A stretch of DNA of 64,000 bases from Octopus bimaculoides (Eukaryota), in NCBI RefSeq assembly GCF_001194135.2, contig NC_068984.1, positions 104,688,522 through 104,752,521 of the forward strand. The letters run 5' to 3'. The notes under the pieces were generated by a model, which ran no database searches, was not told where the DNA came from, and saw only the letters and a program-made list of their open reading frames with translations. Shown in pieces: positions 12,844 to 24,520 of the stretch; the stretch's first letter is position 1, and each line of letters begins with the position of its first letter. The translations under genes and the position numbers were made by a program.

Positions 12844-13181
12844 TGCTGAGACCCCCTTCGGTCATGACTGACTGTGGGATTGCACCTAGAAAGTTACCCT
12901 CCCAGGCACAAGTCTGGGCAAGGTTGTTTATGGAAGACCAGCAGTCGTCCATGCATACCGGCCTTGCCTCTCCATGCCACCAGTGTTATCCAAGGGAAAG
13001 GCAAAGGCCGATACAGCTTGGCACCTGTGACGTTGCAACTCATTTCTACAGCTGAGTGAACTGGAGCAACATGAAATAAAGTGCCTTGCTCAAGAACACA
13101 ACACGCAGCCCGGTCCGGGATTCGAACTCACAACCTCATGGTCGTAAGCTCGATGCTCTAACTACTGAGCCATGCGCCTTC
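12844..13181 (-). mobile_element. tRNA-derived SINE with 14-bp TSD, nested in an RTE-tail repeat
   Basis: TSD actttacagagtgt at 12830-12843 and 13182-13195; minus-strand head with A box tggctcagtagttag and B box gagttcgaatccc; host repeat (ggatgccttcctaatgccaac) continues on both sides. Confidence 0.9.
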
Positions 13182-14844
13182 ACTTTACAGAGTGTAATGG
13201 TTGCTTTTTTCATGACACTGGTACTACTGAAGTCACTAAGCAAAATACAAGATCAAGGAAAGACACTCAACTGAGTGAGTTTGTAGTAGAGAGGGATGTG
13301 GTTTTGTGCCAGGTGTCAAGAGTCTAAAGATAAAAAGCACACTCAATATAAGCAATAAAGTGGTTATATTTTTATATATCATCAAGCAATATGTTACTAG
13401 TTATGGCATATAACTGGTCAGAATTACACCTAAGTGCAATAGTCATCATAAAACCAATGGTAACATAGTGATTAGAGGTATGGCTGTGTGACTGAGAAAA
13501 GGAGGAACAAAGAATATTAAAAAATGACATTGAAAGGAAGGTGTACAAGCTTCTATACTGGCATGAATCTGCAACACAGCAACACTACATCTATCATAAC
13601 TCATATCATCTTACTTGTAAGGTTCAATGTTTTATGATCAGACCCAAATATCTGCATAGTCTCCACCTTCCTTACTGCAGGCATCAACTTTTAATCGCAA
13701 TAGATCATACAGGAATAGTCATCTCATTAAATATCAATCAATTGCTTTGAAGCTTAACTATTTTCTTATCTCAGCTTCACATAACATGCACACACAGCTT
13801 GCATAAAATATGTGTACAACAAATATGGAAACAGTAATTTGAATATTATGTTTACAATAACAGTAATACTGAAATGACTGACAGATTCAGATTATGTGCT
13901 GTTAGATAAGCAGAAAACATGTATAAACTTTTATTATTACCAGTGATGACCTAAACATTTCTATCAGCAGATGGCATTTGTTTAACTTATTACAAAATAC
14001 ACTCCCTATAAAGGAGATGATTTTTATTTTCAGACCAACGTGGGAGTGGAAGTTATCCTGCTAACAAAACCGTATGATGCTTTGGGTTTTCTACATTTAA
14101 ATATCACAAAACAAATGTTGGTCTTCAAATAGCCTGAGGTTTAAAGAAACATCAGAAAAGTTGAATGCTGATATCTGTATAGTGGCTCAGTTTATTTAAA
14201 TGTATTGCATAAACCAGAAAAGAAAACTTGAATAAGAAAATGATACACCTAGTTTATCAACTATTAATAATAAGTAATAATAATAATAATAATTAATAAT
14301 AATTAACAATAAGTAATAATAACTAGAATATGAAGTAATTGGAAATGAAAGGAACTCACGCTTTGTCTTTGTCACACCTGTTGATCTCAGCACCATTTTC
14401 AACAAGAAGTTTACATATTCCTAAGTGACCATGGTATGCGGAGTAAAACAAAGGTGTCTCCATATGCTGTGAAAACAAAATAAAATAATTCTGTCACTAT
14501 CATCATCATCATCATCATCATCATGAACATCATGAACATCATCATCACCATTATCAGTTTCAAGGTCACCTTTCCATGTTCACATAAGTCAGATGGAATT
14601 TGTTGAGCCAGACACCCCTCCTATCACCAACCCCCACATATTTCCTAATAAGATAATGTTTCTTCGTGACTGGACATGTTCCCACAGCTGATTGGAAATG
14701 AAGGACATTTTGTGTGCCAGGGTTCTTGTTTGCAAATATGATGTCAAGACAAAGAAACACAAACATGCACCCACACACACTCACTCACACACACATACAC
14801 ACACACAAACATACACTCATATACTTAAACACGTACATTGGGAT

Positions 14845-14995
14845 TCTTTCAGTTTCCCTCTACTAAATCCACTCTCAAGGATTTGGCTAACCCAAGGTTA
14901 TAGTAAAACCACTTGCCCAAGGTGCTATGCAGTGGGACTGAACCCAAAACCATGTGGTTGGGAACCAAACTTCTTAACCACACAGTTACATGTGC
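14845..14995 (-). mobile_element. SINE 5' half
   Basis: aaatccactc.caagg...cacttgcccaaggtgc...gggactgaacccaaaaccatgtggttgggaa = reverse complement of the head at 3548 and 10098. Confidence 0.75.
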
Positions 14996-15167
14996 ACCTA
15001 AGAATATAAAAATATGAAAATGGCTTCTTAAAGTAAAAAAAAATATATATATAGCAGTGTTATTTAAGTGATGCTGGATTTGATGAGATTGGCTTACATA
15101 CTTAAATGATGTTAGTGTTTAGAATAGAATGATGTACATATTCATTCTTAACATGTACTCTCTCTTT

Positions 15168-15396
15168 TACTCTTTACTCTTTTACTTGTTTCAGTCATTT
15201 GACTGCGGCCATGCTGGAGCACCACCTTTAGTCGAGCTAATCGACCCCAGGACTTATTCTTTGGATGCCTAGTACTTATTCTATTGGTCTCTTTTGCTGA
15301 ACTGCTAAGTTATGGGGACGTAAACACACCACCATCGGTTGTCAAGCAATGTTGGGGGACAAACACAGACACACAAACACACACACACACACACAG

Positions 15397-15453
<57 letters not shown>

Positions 15454-15479
15454 TACGACAGGCTACTTTCAGTTTCCGT
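15168..15479 (-). mobile_element. SINE 3' half running into gap
   Basis: ctcttttactctttactcttttacttgtttcagtcatttgactgcggccatgctggagc = reverse complement of the 1385-1605 tail. Confidence 0.8.
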
Positions 15480-16343
15480 NNNNNNNNNNNNNNNNNNNNN
15501 NNNNNNNNNNNNNNNNNNNNNNNNNNNNNNNNNNNNNNNNNNNNNNNNNNNNNNNNNNNNNNNNNNNNNNNNNNNNNNNNNNNNNNNNNNNNNNNNNNNN
15601 NNNNNNNNNNNNNNNNNNNNNNNNNNNNNNNNNNNNNNNNNNNNNNNNNNNNNNNNNNNNNNNNNNNNNNNNNNNNNNNNNNNNNNNNNNNNNNNNNNNN
15701 NNNNNNNNNNNNNNNNNNNNNNNNNNNNNNNNNNNNNNNNNNNNNNNNNNNNNNNNNNNNNNNNNNNNNNNNNNNNNNNNNNNNNNNNNNNNNNNNNNNN
15801 NNNNNNNNNNNNNNNNNNNNNNNNNNNNNNNNNNNNNNNNNNNNNNNNNNNNNNNNNNNNNNNNNNNNNNNNNNNNNNNNNNNNNNNNNNNNNNNNNNNN
15901 NNNNNNNNNNNNNNNNNNNNNNNNNNNNNNNNNNNNNNNNNNNNNNNNNNNNNNNNNNNNNNNNNNNNNNNNNNNNNNNNNNNNNNNNNNNNNNNNNNNN
16001 NNNNNNNNNNNNNNNNNNNNNNNNNNNNNNNNNNNNNNNNNNNNNNNNNNNNNNNNNNNNNNNNNNNNNNNNNNNNNNNNNNNNNNNNNNNNNNNNNNNN
16101 NNNNNNNNNNNNNNNNNNNNNNNNNNNNNNNNNNNNNNNNNNNNNNNNNNNNNNNNNNNNNNNNNNNNNNNNNNNNNNNNNNNNNNNNNNNNNNNNNNNN
16201 NNNNNNNNNNNNNNNNNNNNNNNNNNNNNNNNNNNNNNNNNNNNNNNNNNNNNNNNNNNNNNNNNNNNNNNNNNNNNNNNNNNNNNNNNNNNNNNNNNNN
16301 NNNNNNNNNNNNNNNNNNNNNNNNNNNNNNNNNNNNNNNNNNN
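15480..16343. other. Assembly gap (N run)
   Basis: N characters. Confidence 1.
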
Positions 16344-16975
16344 GTCACCTGCATGAGGGCCAGTCAGGCGGTACTGGCAACGGCCACGCTCAAAATGGTG
16401 TCTTTTATGTGCCACCCACACAAGAGCCAGTCCAGGGGCACTGGCAACGATCTCGCTCGAAAATCCTATGAAGGCCAGTCAGACGGTACTGGCAATGGCC
16501 ACGCTCAAAATGGTGCATCCCATGCATCACCCACACAAGAGCCAGTCCAGGGGCACTGGCAACGATCTCACTTGGCTTGCCAGGTCTTCTCACGCACAGC
16601 ACATTTCCAAAGGTCTCGGTCAGTAGTCATCACCTCTGTGAGGCCCAATGTTCGAAGGTCTTGCCTCACCACCTCAGCCCAGGTCTTCCTGGGCCTACCT
16701 CTTCCACGGGTTCCCTCAACTGTTAGGTTGTGGCACTTTTTCACGCAGCTATCCTCATCCATTCTCACCACATGTCCATACCAGAGCAATCGTCTCTCTT
16801 GCACACCACAACTGATGCTTCTTATGTTCAGCTTTTCTCTCAAGATACTTACACTCTGACGGGTATGCACACTGACATTACACATCCAGCGGAGCATACT
16901 GGCTTCATTCCTTGTGAGCTTACGCATATCCTCAGCAGTCACAGCCCATGTTTCACTGACATGTAGCATGGCTGT
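16344..16975 (-). mobile_element. RTE LINE 3' end, uninterrupted 133-aa C-terminus, with tandem-repeat 3' UTR
   Basis: ORF 16568-16969 MLHVSETW...LWYGHVVRMDE...RGRGRPRKTW; followed by 4 alternating ~60-bp units (ccagtcag.cggtactggcaa / ccagtccaggggcactggcaa). Confidence 0.92.
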
Positions 16976-17091
16976 TCGTACACATGCGTCTCAGAGTCCA
17001 AAGGATTCTGAATCAAACTGTTTTAATCTATACATGTAACTCCCAATAAATATGTTGAGTGCCCTTCTTTCATTTGTCTACTCACTTGTAT

Positions 17092-17122
<31 letters not shown>

Positions 17123-17589
17123 ATTGTTTGGCAAATGAATTAATCTGAAATGGAATACTGAAAATGAAGCAATTATAACACAGAAAATTAATTTAAAAAA
17201 CCTGCATAAGCACGTAAAAAACTGTTGCATTCACTTTCAATTATTCTTTCTTGAGAGTGTCTTTTACTTTGAAGTGTTAAAAATTTCGTATCACTACATT
17301 CACCTGGTCACTGAAAATTCTACTGCATCTACAGAGATGTGGCAATCATAATTTAACAATATATTGATTGATCAGCTGTATAAGCATCCAGATTGCAGGC
17401 CTTTGAAAGACATCTGTCACACACACACACACATACACGTTCACACACACATCCACTTATTTATGTAGAGAGAGAGAGAGAGCAAGAGAGACAGCATAAT
17501 AATATCAGTTAATGACACAAGAACTAGTTATGCAAACATCTAAAGCTTAAGTATATTGAGTTCTAACAACTAGTCATTAGTATTGCTCA

Positions 17590-17850
17590 GCATGCCAAAA
17601 ACAAAAAGACTGTGTTTGGGTATGTTTCTTGAAGACTTGAAGAAGATAGTAACATCAAACATGAAGCACAGCCTCTCTTGGTCTTGTGACCACTACATCA
17701 CATCACACTACAAAGGATATGCATTTGCAATCCAAGAACAGAAGATTGCTGTGAAATACCTAATAAACAAAAGAGACAGTGTAGCCCTTGGAGTTCCAAG
17801 ATGCAACTGAAAATATAGATTGTCATATTTCTGTGGAAGACATTACACAT
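17590..17850 (+). mobile_element. R4/Dong-type LINE fragment (region upstream of the CCHC/REL domain)
   Basis: YAFAIQEQKIAVKYLINKRD resembles LHAIQEQEIPTKYLQHKR of the R4-type copy at 40.5 kb. Confidence 0.6.
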
Positions 17851-18770
17851 GATTAGCAGTAGCAGTGTGTATGTATGTATGTATGTATGTATGTATGTAT
17901 GTATGTATGCACTTTTGTATGTATATCTTTGTATATACTTTCTTTGAGAAGGCTAAGGCAATAGAATATTTTATTGAATCTAGCTGATTACTTCAATGCT
18001 CTGAGTAAAATGTAGCCAAGCTTGATTTTGCCTTTCATTCCTGCTGCAGTGTTAATAAAATAAGTTCCAGTAAGATATAAACAGAACCATTGAAAGGCCA
18101 GTGACATTCCAATCACTTTAACCATGAAAAATGTCTCTGTTACCACATCTGTAGGAAGTAAATTAGTAGGGATGTTGCAACTTTTGTAGGAAGTGACGTT
18201 ACAAAGAGATTTATAGGTTACCACTAGAGTTTAGAGTTTTAAATATTATCTTTTGATCAATATTGAACCAATCAAATTTCAATAGTGATCTCAGGCCTCA
18301 GTTTATTGAATATAAGACAGATGGCAGCATTCTAAATATATAATTAGCAAATATTTAATCTAGTGAGGCCAAGAAAGAAAGAATGGACACACTACCAGTA
18401 CAGAGCTGTTAAAAACTTAAAGGAAGATTAAACACATGTGCTGGAGACAAGAGTCTGTGATTATTTAGAATTTACCTGGGCTATAGATAACAGCATCTAC
18501 AAATTTATTGAGACTAGAGTGTTACTCATCATATGACAGAGATATGTTTTTGCTTCAGTGAGTAGTATTAAGTAATGTTATGTCTGTATGATAGTTATAA
18601 TTTTACATAATTCAAATTTTGTAGGGCTTACTCAAAATAAGGAAATGAAAACTAATTTTTTAAAAATAAAAATATTTATTAAATTAAACTGAAATTATAT
18701 AAAACAAAACTCATATTCATATACTTGTGATGACATACATTATCAATAATTCTAATACTATTGAACTATC

Positions 18771-19028
18771 GTGGAGGTGCGTGGCTTAGTGGTTAGGGTG
18801 TCAGTATCATGATCGTAAGATTGTGGTTTCGATTCCTGGACCGGGCGACGTGTTGTGTTCTTGAGCAAAACACTTCATTTCACGTTGCTCCAGTCCACTC
18901 AGCTGGCAAAAATGAGTAGCACTGTGATGGACTGACGTCCCGTCCAGCTGGGGAACACATACGCCATTGAAACCGGGAAACCGGGCCCATGAGCCTGGCT
19001 AGGTTTTAAACAGGTGCATTTATTTTAT
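18771..19028 (+). mobile_element. tRNA-derived SINE with perfect 12-bp TSD
   Basis: TSD tattgaactatc at 18759-18770 and 19029-19040; A box tggcttagtggttag, B box ggtttcgattcc; 3' end cgtcccgtccagctgg...gggcccatga shared with 37965-38275. Confidence 0.92.
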
Positions 19029-19539
19029 TATTGAACTATCAACTAAATAAGTTGATAGATAACTAAATTACATCTTAACTAAGATGTGTCACAAGGAGTA
19101 AAATTCAGCAAGCTCTGAATTATCTCTATTTGGGAGATGATCAAACAGAGGTAGGTGGTGAGGCACTACCAATTATATTAGTTGACAAAGATAACTGAAT
19201 TCATCATAAAATATTACCAATAATTTGTTTTTGCGAGTTATTGAGGGATGAAAAATAAATTGATCCTGGCTATATTTACATTTCAAAACTCATGATACCA
19301 AACTTGATACTATAAAACTTGACAAAATCTTGTTTTCCCCAATGTATCTACTATTGAAATGGATTTGAATATATGTTTTAGAATGAATAATATACTTAGA
19401 TTTTACCAGAGTTACAACAGCAACGAATCTTTAAAGTGATTGGGAAAGACTTCTGATAGAATATTATCATTTCTGTTATCAATTCATTAAGCCTAATTAG
19501 ATTGGAGGCATTAATGCAAAGCTATGCATCAAGAAAACA

Positions 19540-19795
19540 TCATACAGCATGAACTAACAAGACAATCTTCCTGTGCACTTCCCTTCAAACAGTGACTTTA
19601 GTAGCTGAACATCTGCTGTGAAAGACTCCACATTTGCTGCTCCTTTTGTTTCTAATTGCATACATTTAATACTTTAACTTCTACAAAATTCAATTAAGAC
19701 ACATTTTGAAGTACTTCTCATATATCTGGCATGGTGTTATTGCTACAGACACAAACATCCAAAGCTCCAACTGAACAACTGGCTCCAACCAAATA
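19540..19795 (-). pseudogene. Degenerate terminal exon candidate of an asteroid/ASTE1-like gene
   Basis: Acceptor ttaaaatttgtag|TAT, phase 0 (compatible with exon 21004-21073): YLVGASCSVGALDV...PDI*EVLQNVS*LNFV...WSLSQQMFSY*. Spacing resembles the ASTE1 C-terminus as I remember it (LD...W-xx(x)-LQ-xxx-Y-LN...L-x-QQ), with TGA/TAA where W/Y are expected. Not a computed alignment. Confidence 0.35.
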
Positions 19796-19859
19796 CTACA
19801 AATTTTAACTAATGGATAAGCTATTTCTTCTCTTTTCTCTATAATGGCATGGCATCTAC

Positions 19860-20700
19860 TCTCAGTTTGTTCATCCCTCACCATATGCATTGTAATTTCT
19901 CAGCCTGCTCCCACTGCAACACATGTCCTTTTGTCAAGGACATCATAGCCCTACATGGCCCTAGTTCATTTTTCCATGATACAGGCTGCTTCATATACAT
20001 CTCAAAAATATCATCTCTGTGGCATACTGTGGCATAAGAGAAATCAGTCAGAAGCTAGCCTGTCATTTTATGGAATATTTATTGAACATCTGATCCATTG
20101 AACCTGTGGCTCTCTACTTCAGTTCTTCAGGCTACTCCTACCAACATCTTTCACCTTGTAAGCCTGTACAATACTATAGTAATCCATTACCTGAGTTGTA
20201 CAATACTGCAGTTCTCTTTACCTGACTTGTACAATACTTTGGCAACCAAAGTAACTTCTCACCCACTAACAACTGCCAGCCCATGTACTTAGCACCTTCC
20301 CTTTTCTGCCAATACATTCCTGCACATACTTCACCTCCTTCTACCCAATATCCACACTCTATGAAACTTTATTCACGTTACCTACACATTATCACACCTG
20401 AATCATAACATCCTCATAATTATTCCCCACTATTATACATACACAGATCTTCACACACAATCATTGTATCACACTTGATTCTTTATTCTCTTTCTTATAA
20501 ACACATGTGCTTCCCATTACTTATGTTTCTTAACACAGTTGCTCTTCTCTGCTGGAAACCATTAACTATACTCATTTCTCTTGTACCATTCCACTTTTAT
20601 TTTTCCTTTCACATTCTCCATTTCTCTTCTATTTTGACAAAGGACACCTGTCCAAATCTTTGGTATCTCTTCCTTTTCTTCACAGCATAATTACATTAAT
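19860..20700 (+). mobile_element. Penelope-like element remnant, highly degenerate
   Basis: CSHCNTCPFVK..HGPSSFFHDTGCF resembles the Cys-rich segment preceding PLE GIY-YIG; CT-rich tail; GGAC-acct-GTCC hammerhead-like stem at 20642-20653. Confidence 0.6.
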
Positions 20701-21003
20701 ATTGTATTCATGTTTGCAATGTTTTTATTTGTTGTTTTTCTCTGAGTGTATTTTTTTGTTTTTATTTTAAAGTAGATATACATTTACCCCATAGATATAC
20801 ATTTATCAAACTAGAATTACCAATAATGAATTTACTGAATTAGTTGCTAATCTTCTTTGCCCATGCCTACCTAACTCTCTTATTTCTCCTTCCTTATCAC
20901 TCCTACGATCTCTCACCTCCTAGTCACCATGCTAAATATTTTGCCCTAACATTCTTTCCCAGAAGTGATAATCTCTGGAATTAGATTTTTGCTAGTTTTT
21001 TAC

Positions 21004-21073
21004 CTTTGAGAAATCAGCCATCAAAGGATCAAATAAAACATCAGCCAAATGAGTCTCACGAGTCTTGGGCAGC
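21004..21073 (-). CDS. Exon of minus-strand gene or pseudogene (asteroid/ASTE1-like, tentative)
   Basis: ttaactttgtag|G CTG...TCA AAG|gtaaaa; 70 nt, phase 2-0, open: (R)LPKTRETHLADVLFDPLMADFSK; phase matches the upstream exon. Confidence 0.6.
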
Positions 21074-21821
21074 CTACAAAGTTAACAGGCACTGCCTTTT
21101 GTCATTAAACTTGTCCAAGAAGTCCGATGTCAAGATATTATTTCATTGAAAAATTTTATATCAGAGAGTAAGATCAGAGTAAAAAAGTGAAAGAGCAAGT
21201 GGATATTTAAAACAAATTAGAACAACCACAACAAATATGATTGAAATATACTGTGGCAAGCATTAGCTGTTTATGTAAAGTCTGGAACGGATCTAGAATG
21301 TTCCAAGTTTGCTCAGCTTTGTTTCCAGTTTAAGCCAGATAACAAAAGCAATTTAAATTAAATTGTCATACTTCAAAAGTTCTACAAGTTCATAAGTCTA
21401 ATGCAGCAATTTGCAATAAATAGTTGAATTAAAATCAAATACGGCAAACTCTTTTACATGTGGGATATAAGAAACCATTAAACATCATTAAATCTGACAA
21501 ACCCAGAGAAAATATATTACGTAGAAGCTATTTGAAGTAGCATAAATACTAGAAGAATTATCATGTTTCAGATGCAACTCATGGATCACTAAGATTCTAT
21601 AATAACTGCTTTCAAAATTCTATGGCTCTCATGAGACACTTTCGACAACTCAATAATCTTCATAGTTAATTATAAGTGAAATGAAAAAGACAAACATCAA
21701 CAAGAGATATACCTTTGTGGTCCTTGAAGGTTAACTACATGAAGTATTTTGTTGAACTGTCTTAAAGCAAACGAAATATACAATTAGCTAATGGGAGACA
21801 CAAGTAGACATGCATGTTTAC

Positions 21822-22023
21822 CTTCTACCAATCACGAATGCAAACAATAGGCACATTAAAAGAGTAATATCATTTTCAGAGTCAAACTCTAATTTTGTAA
21901 CAAATCCAATGTTATATAGAATCATTACACCCATCAATATCCATGGTCTATGTGGAGCAGGCAATCTCTGAAGGGTTTTGTAAGGAAGGTTGAGTTGTAA
22001 ACAAATCTTTTCACTAAGGTTAC
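21822..22023 (-). CDS. Exon of minus-strand gene or pseudogene (asteroid/ASTE1-like, tentative)
   Basis: ataatttag|GT AAC...AGA AG|gtaaac; 202 nt with 66 open codons in AT-rich DNA: NLSEKICLQLNLPYKTLQRLPAPHRPWILMGVMILYNIGFVTKLEFDSENDITLLMCLLFAFVIGR. Alternative acceptor at 22013. Confidence 0.6.
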
Positions 22024-22099
22024 CTAAATTATGTATCTTAAATACATAAACTTTGGTTGGTTGGCTGACAGGATAATTATTGCACTGAATAAAATTTAC

Positions 22100-22265
22100 T
22101 CTTCTTGTTTAAAAATTGGATGTTTTCTAATGTTATTAAAGTCCTCCCCACTCTGGAAAGAGTCATAGCAATGGTTTGAGGAGGTGACGACACATTTATG
22201 TGCTAGTCTTGTCCAACAACATGGAGGTTTAACAAACAGAGATTGATAAATTATGTGTCCAATCA
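22100..22265 (-). pseudogene. Upstream exon of the same gene, reading frame ambiguous
   Basis: ctttttatgctagtttcag|TG ATT...GA|gtaaat; one frame is open throughout (IGHIIYQSLF...KHPIFKQE) but joins the next exon only via the second AG; a shifted frame (PPQTIAMTLSRVGRTL...LNKK) joins via the first AG, suggesting an internal frameshift. Confidence 0.45.
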
Positions 22266-22769
22266 CTGAAACTAGCATAAAAAGAATATTAAGAAGCCCA
22301 TAACTTCTTTCATAAGAGCAACATCCTGATGATAAATATAAGGATCAAATTAACCATTCTTACTACAAGAATAAAATAAAAATGTTACAAGATATGATAT
22401 AAATACTTTGTTAGCAAAATCTTTTGGAAATGTCAGAATCTCATTGTCAATACATAATTTGTAGTTTTACTTCAAAAATTATTCATAAAATTTTATATCC
22501 TTTTATACATTGGATATACAGATTTCATGAAGTGGTGATGGACATAACTGCCTTCACACCATGTACTTCAAATTACTCTACTAAACACGATACTCCAATA
22601 AGTACAAACTGTCAACAATCTCAATGACTTCTTACAACTTCCATGAACTCTGAATGACTCCTATGACTTCTCTTGTCTCAACCAATACACTATTCTTTAT
22701 AAGAGTTTAGCTAGTCCACTATTTTGTGTTCCCACTTTTCGCCTCTTATATATCATTTTGCCTATTTGT

Positions 22770-23900
22770 TTTGATAATATTCCCATCTTCCCAACCTTCT
22801 CTTCCATTTTTATATATTTTGAAAAACACCTTTTCACTGATATTAAAATGCTTTACTGTATTTTTAGTGTTTTTCCTATTAGTTTTTCTTACTGGTAACA
22901 GCTTATCAAAAATTGGCTTTCTTTTTCAAGCAAACATTAGTTCCACAGGTACTTGCCTGAACAAGTATTAGGGTTTGGTGTTATCCTATAAACCCTCAAG
23001 AATTGTGTCAATGCTGCATCATCGACTAGCTCGTTTTTTGATTTCTTTCATGTTCTTTTAAATGTATCCACAAACCTTTCCACTTACATGTTTGATCTTG
23101 GGTGATATGGCGGAACAGTGATGTGTTCAATTGAGTACATTTTGCAAAAGATTTTTAAACTCATACACCCATAAACTGCATATCATCATCAGACCCGTAG
23201 AGGTTGGTTTCCTACATCTACATATTTCTGGGCACTTAGTATAACTATCTACTACAATCAGGTAATATGTGCCATTTACTCGTCTAGCAAAATGTATATG
23301 AAGTTTGGTCCATGGACTGTCAGTTTTAGGCCACAGTTGGAATTTTGCTGGTGGTGAAAGGGCACAACATCTGCAGGATTTCACTGACTCTTCAATGTCA
23401 CAGTCCACTGTAGGCCAATATACATAGCTTCTCATTAGTAATTTCATTCTCAAATTCCCTGGGTGACCAATATGAAATTCCTTTAATAAATGCTTTTGTA
23501 GGGCAGCTGGCACAATGACTCTTTGTGCATACATTCTCACACAGTGAGAAATGATTTACATTTGTGTTGCACATATTTTTGTTTTCTTTAGCCTTTAGTG
23601 TTTCTTTCATTTTTATAATGAATTTATCATTCTCTGATTTTGATTTTATGTCTGGTAACATAACTGACAGTTCACAAATAATGTTACACAAAACATTTTT
23701 AATTTCATTTTCCTCTTGCAAAGCAGCAATCACAGTGTCTTTGAATGGTTCCATAGTTTTTGAAATCGATCTTGATAATCAATCAGCATGGCCTAATTTC
23801 TTAGATGGTATATACTCCATCTTGAAATCGTAGTTTAATAGTATTGTAGCCCAGGGTTGTAACCTATTAGCAGTATAGGTAGAAATTCCTTTTTTTCGAC
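22770..23900 (-). mobile_element. Ty3/Gypsy pol 3' fragment (RNaseH end, integrase, tail)
   Basis: YDFKMEYIPSKKLGHAD*LSR; ORF 23127-23540 with HIGHPG...CRCC zinc motif and YYLIVVDSYTK; tail PIFDKLLP...VFFKIYK like the 39.8 and 47.2 kb copies. Confidence 0.92.
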
Positions 23901-24324
23901 CCAAATATCGATAATAATGGTTGGTCATCAGTCTGTAGCTGAAAACTTGGACCATGCAAAAATCTGAAATTTTTCACAGTAAAACAATGTCTCAATAATT
24001 TATTCATCTAACCCATGCTAGCATTAAAAAATAGACATAAGATGAAAGAATGAAGAAACAAAGTAACAAACTTCCATTACTTTCTGTTGAGATGATATGC
24101 TAATGTTGAGTAAATGTTCTGTTGGCTAGAGCTGAGACCTGTTAGAAACATCAAAGCATAAACCTTTTATTAAGTTTCTCAAATGAAATGATGGAAGAAG
24201 AAGACAAAAAAAAAATTATATTGCAGACGTAGCCAATCCCTTTCAGCTGCTATTAATAAAGATTTTGATTAAATCTACTTATGAAGATTGAGATTAAATG
24301 AATTTAGTTATTGATAGAAATATC

Positions 24325-24520
24325 ATCATCATCACCCATGCTGGCTTGGATGGGCTGGTTTGGCAGTATCCAATGTGTCAAAGGACTGTGTTATGCTCCA
24401 ATGTCTGCTTTGGCATGATTTCTATGGTTGGATGCCCTTCATAATGCCAACCATTTTACAGAGTGTACTGGATGTTTTTTTTAGTGGATGGGCACCCGCA
24501 CCAGTAGTGTCACCATGTAA
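24325..24520 (-). mobile_element. RTE-tail-related short repeat (SINE-like)
   Basis: catcatc...ccatgctgg...ggatgcccttc.taatgccaaccattttacagagtgt, shared with 12705-12843, about 28650-28870, 48030-48130, 50900-51070 (opposite strand) and 61100-61170. Confidence 0.65.

Noticed and set aside
13470-13700. Possible minus-strand exon pair around a 46-nt intron
   Set aside because: Intron very short, acceptor weak, peptides uninformative.
16344-16567. Repeat-spacer-like pattern suggestive of CRISPR
   Set aside because: The intervening sequences are themselves repeated, the array is an RTE 3' UTR, the context is eukaryotic and there are no cas genes.
10460-16859. Long ORFs of 288-506 aa in the track
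   Set aside because: They consist mostly of X from N-gaps.
19690-19890. Track ORF ...WLEPVVQLELWMFV... as the true frame of the terminal exon
   Set aside because: No phase-0 acceptor leads into this frame; kept only as an alternative to the stop-containing frame.
21820-22265. TRPA1-like interpretation (ankyrin plus hydrophobic segments)
   Set aside because: Motif spacing does not fit the TRPA pre-S1 region and only two short hydrophobic stretches are present.
24080-24137. Minus-strand exon candidate with strong acceptor (LSSSQQNIYSTLAYHLNR)
   Set aside because: Ends in phase 2, incompatible with the next exon; no homology recognised.
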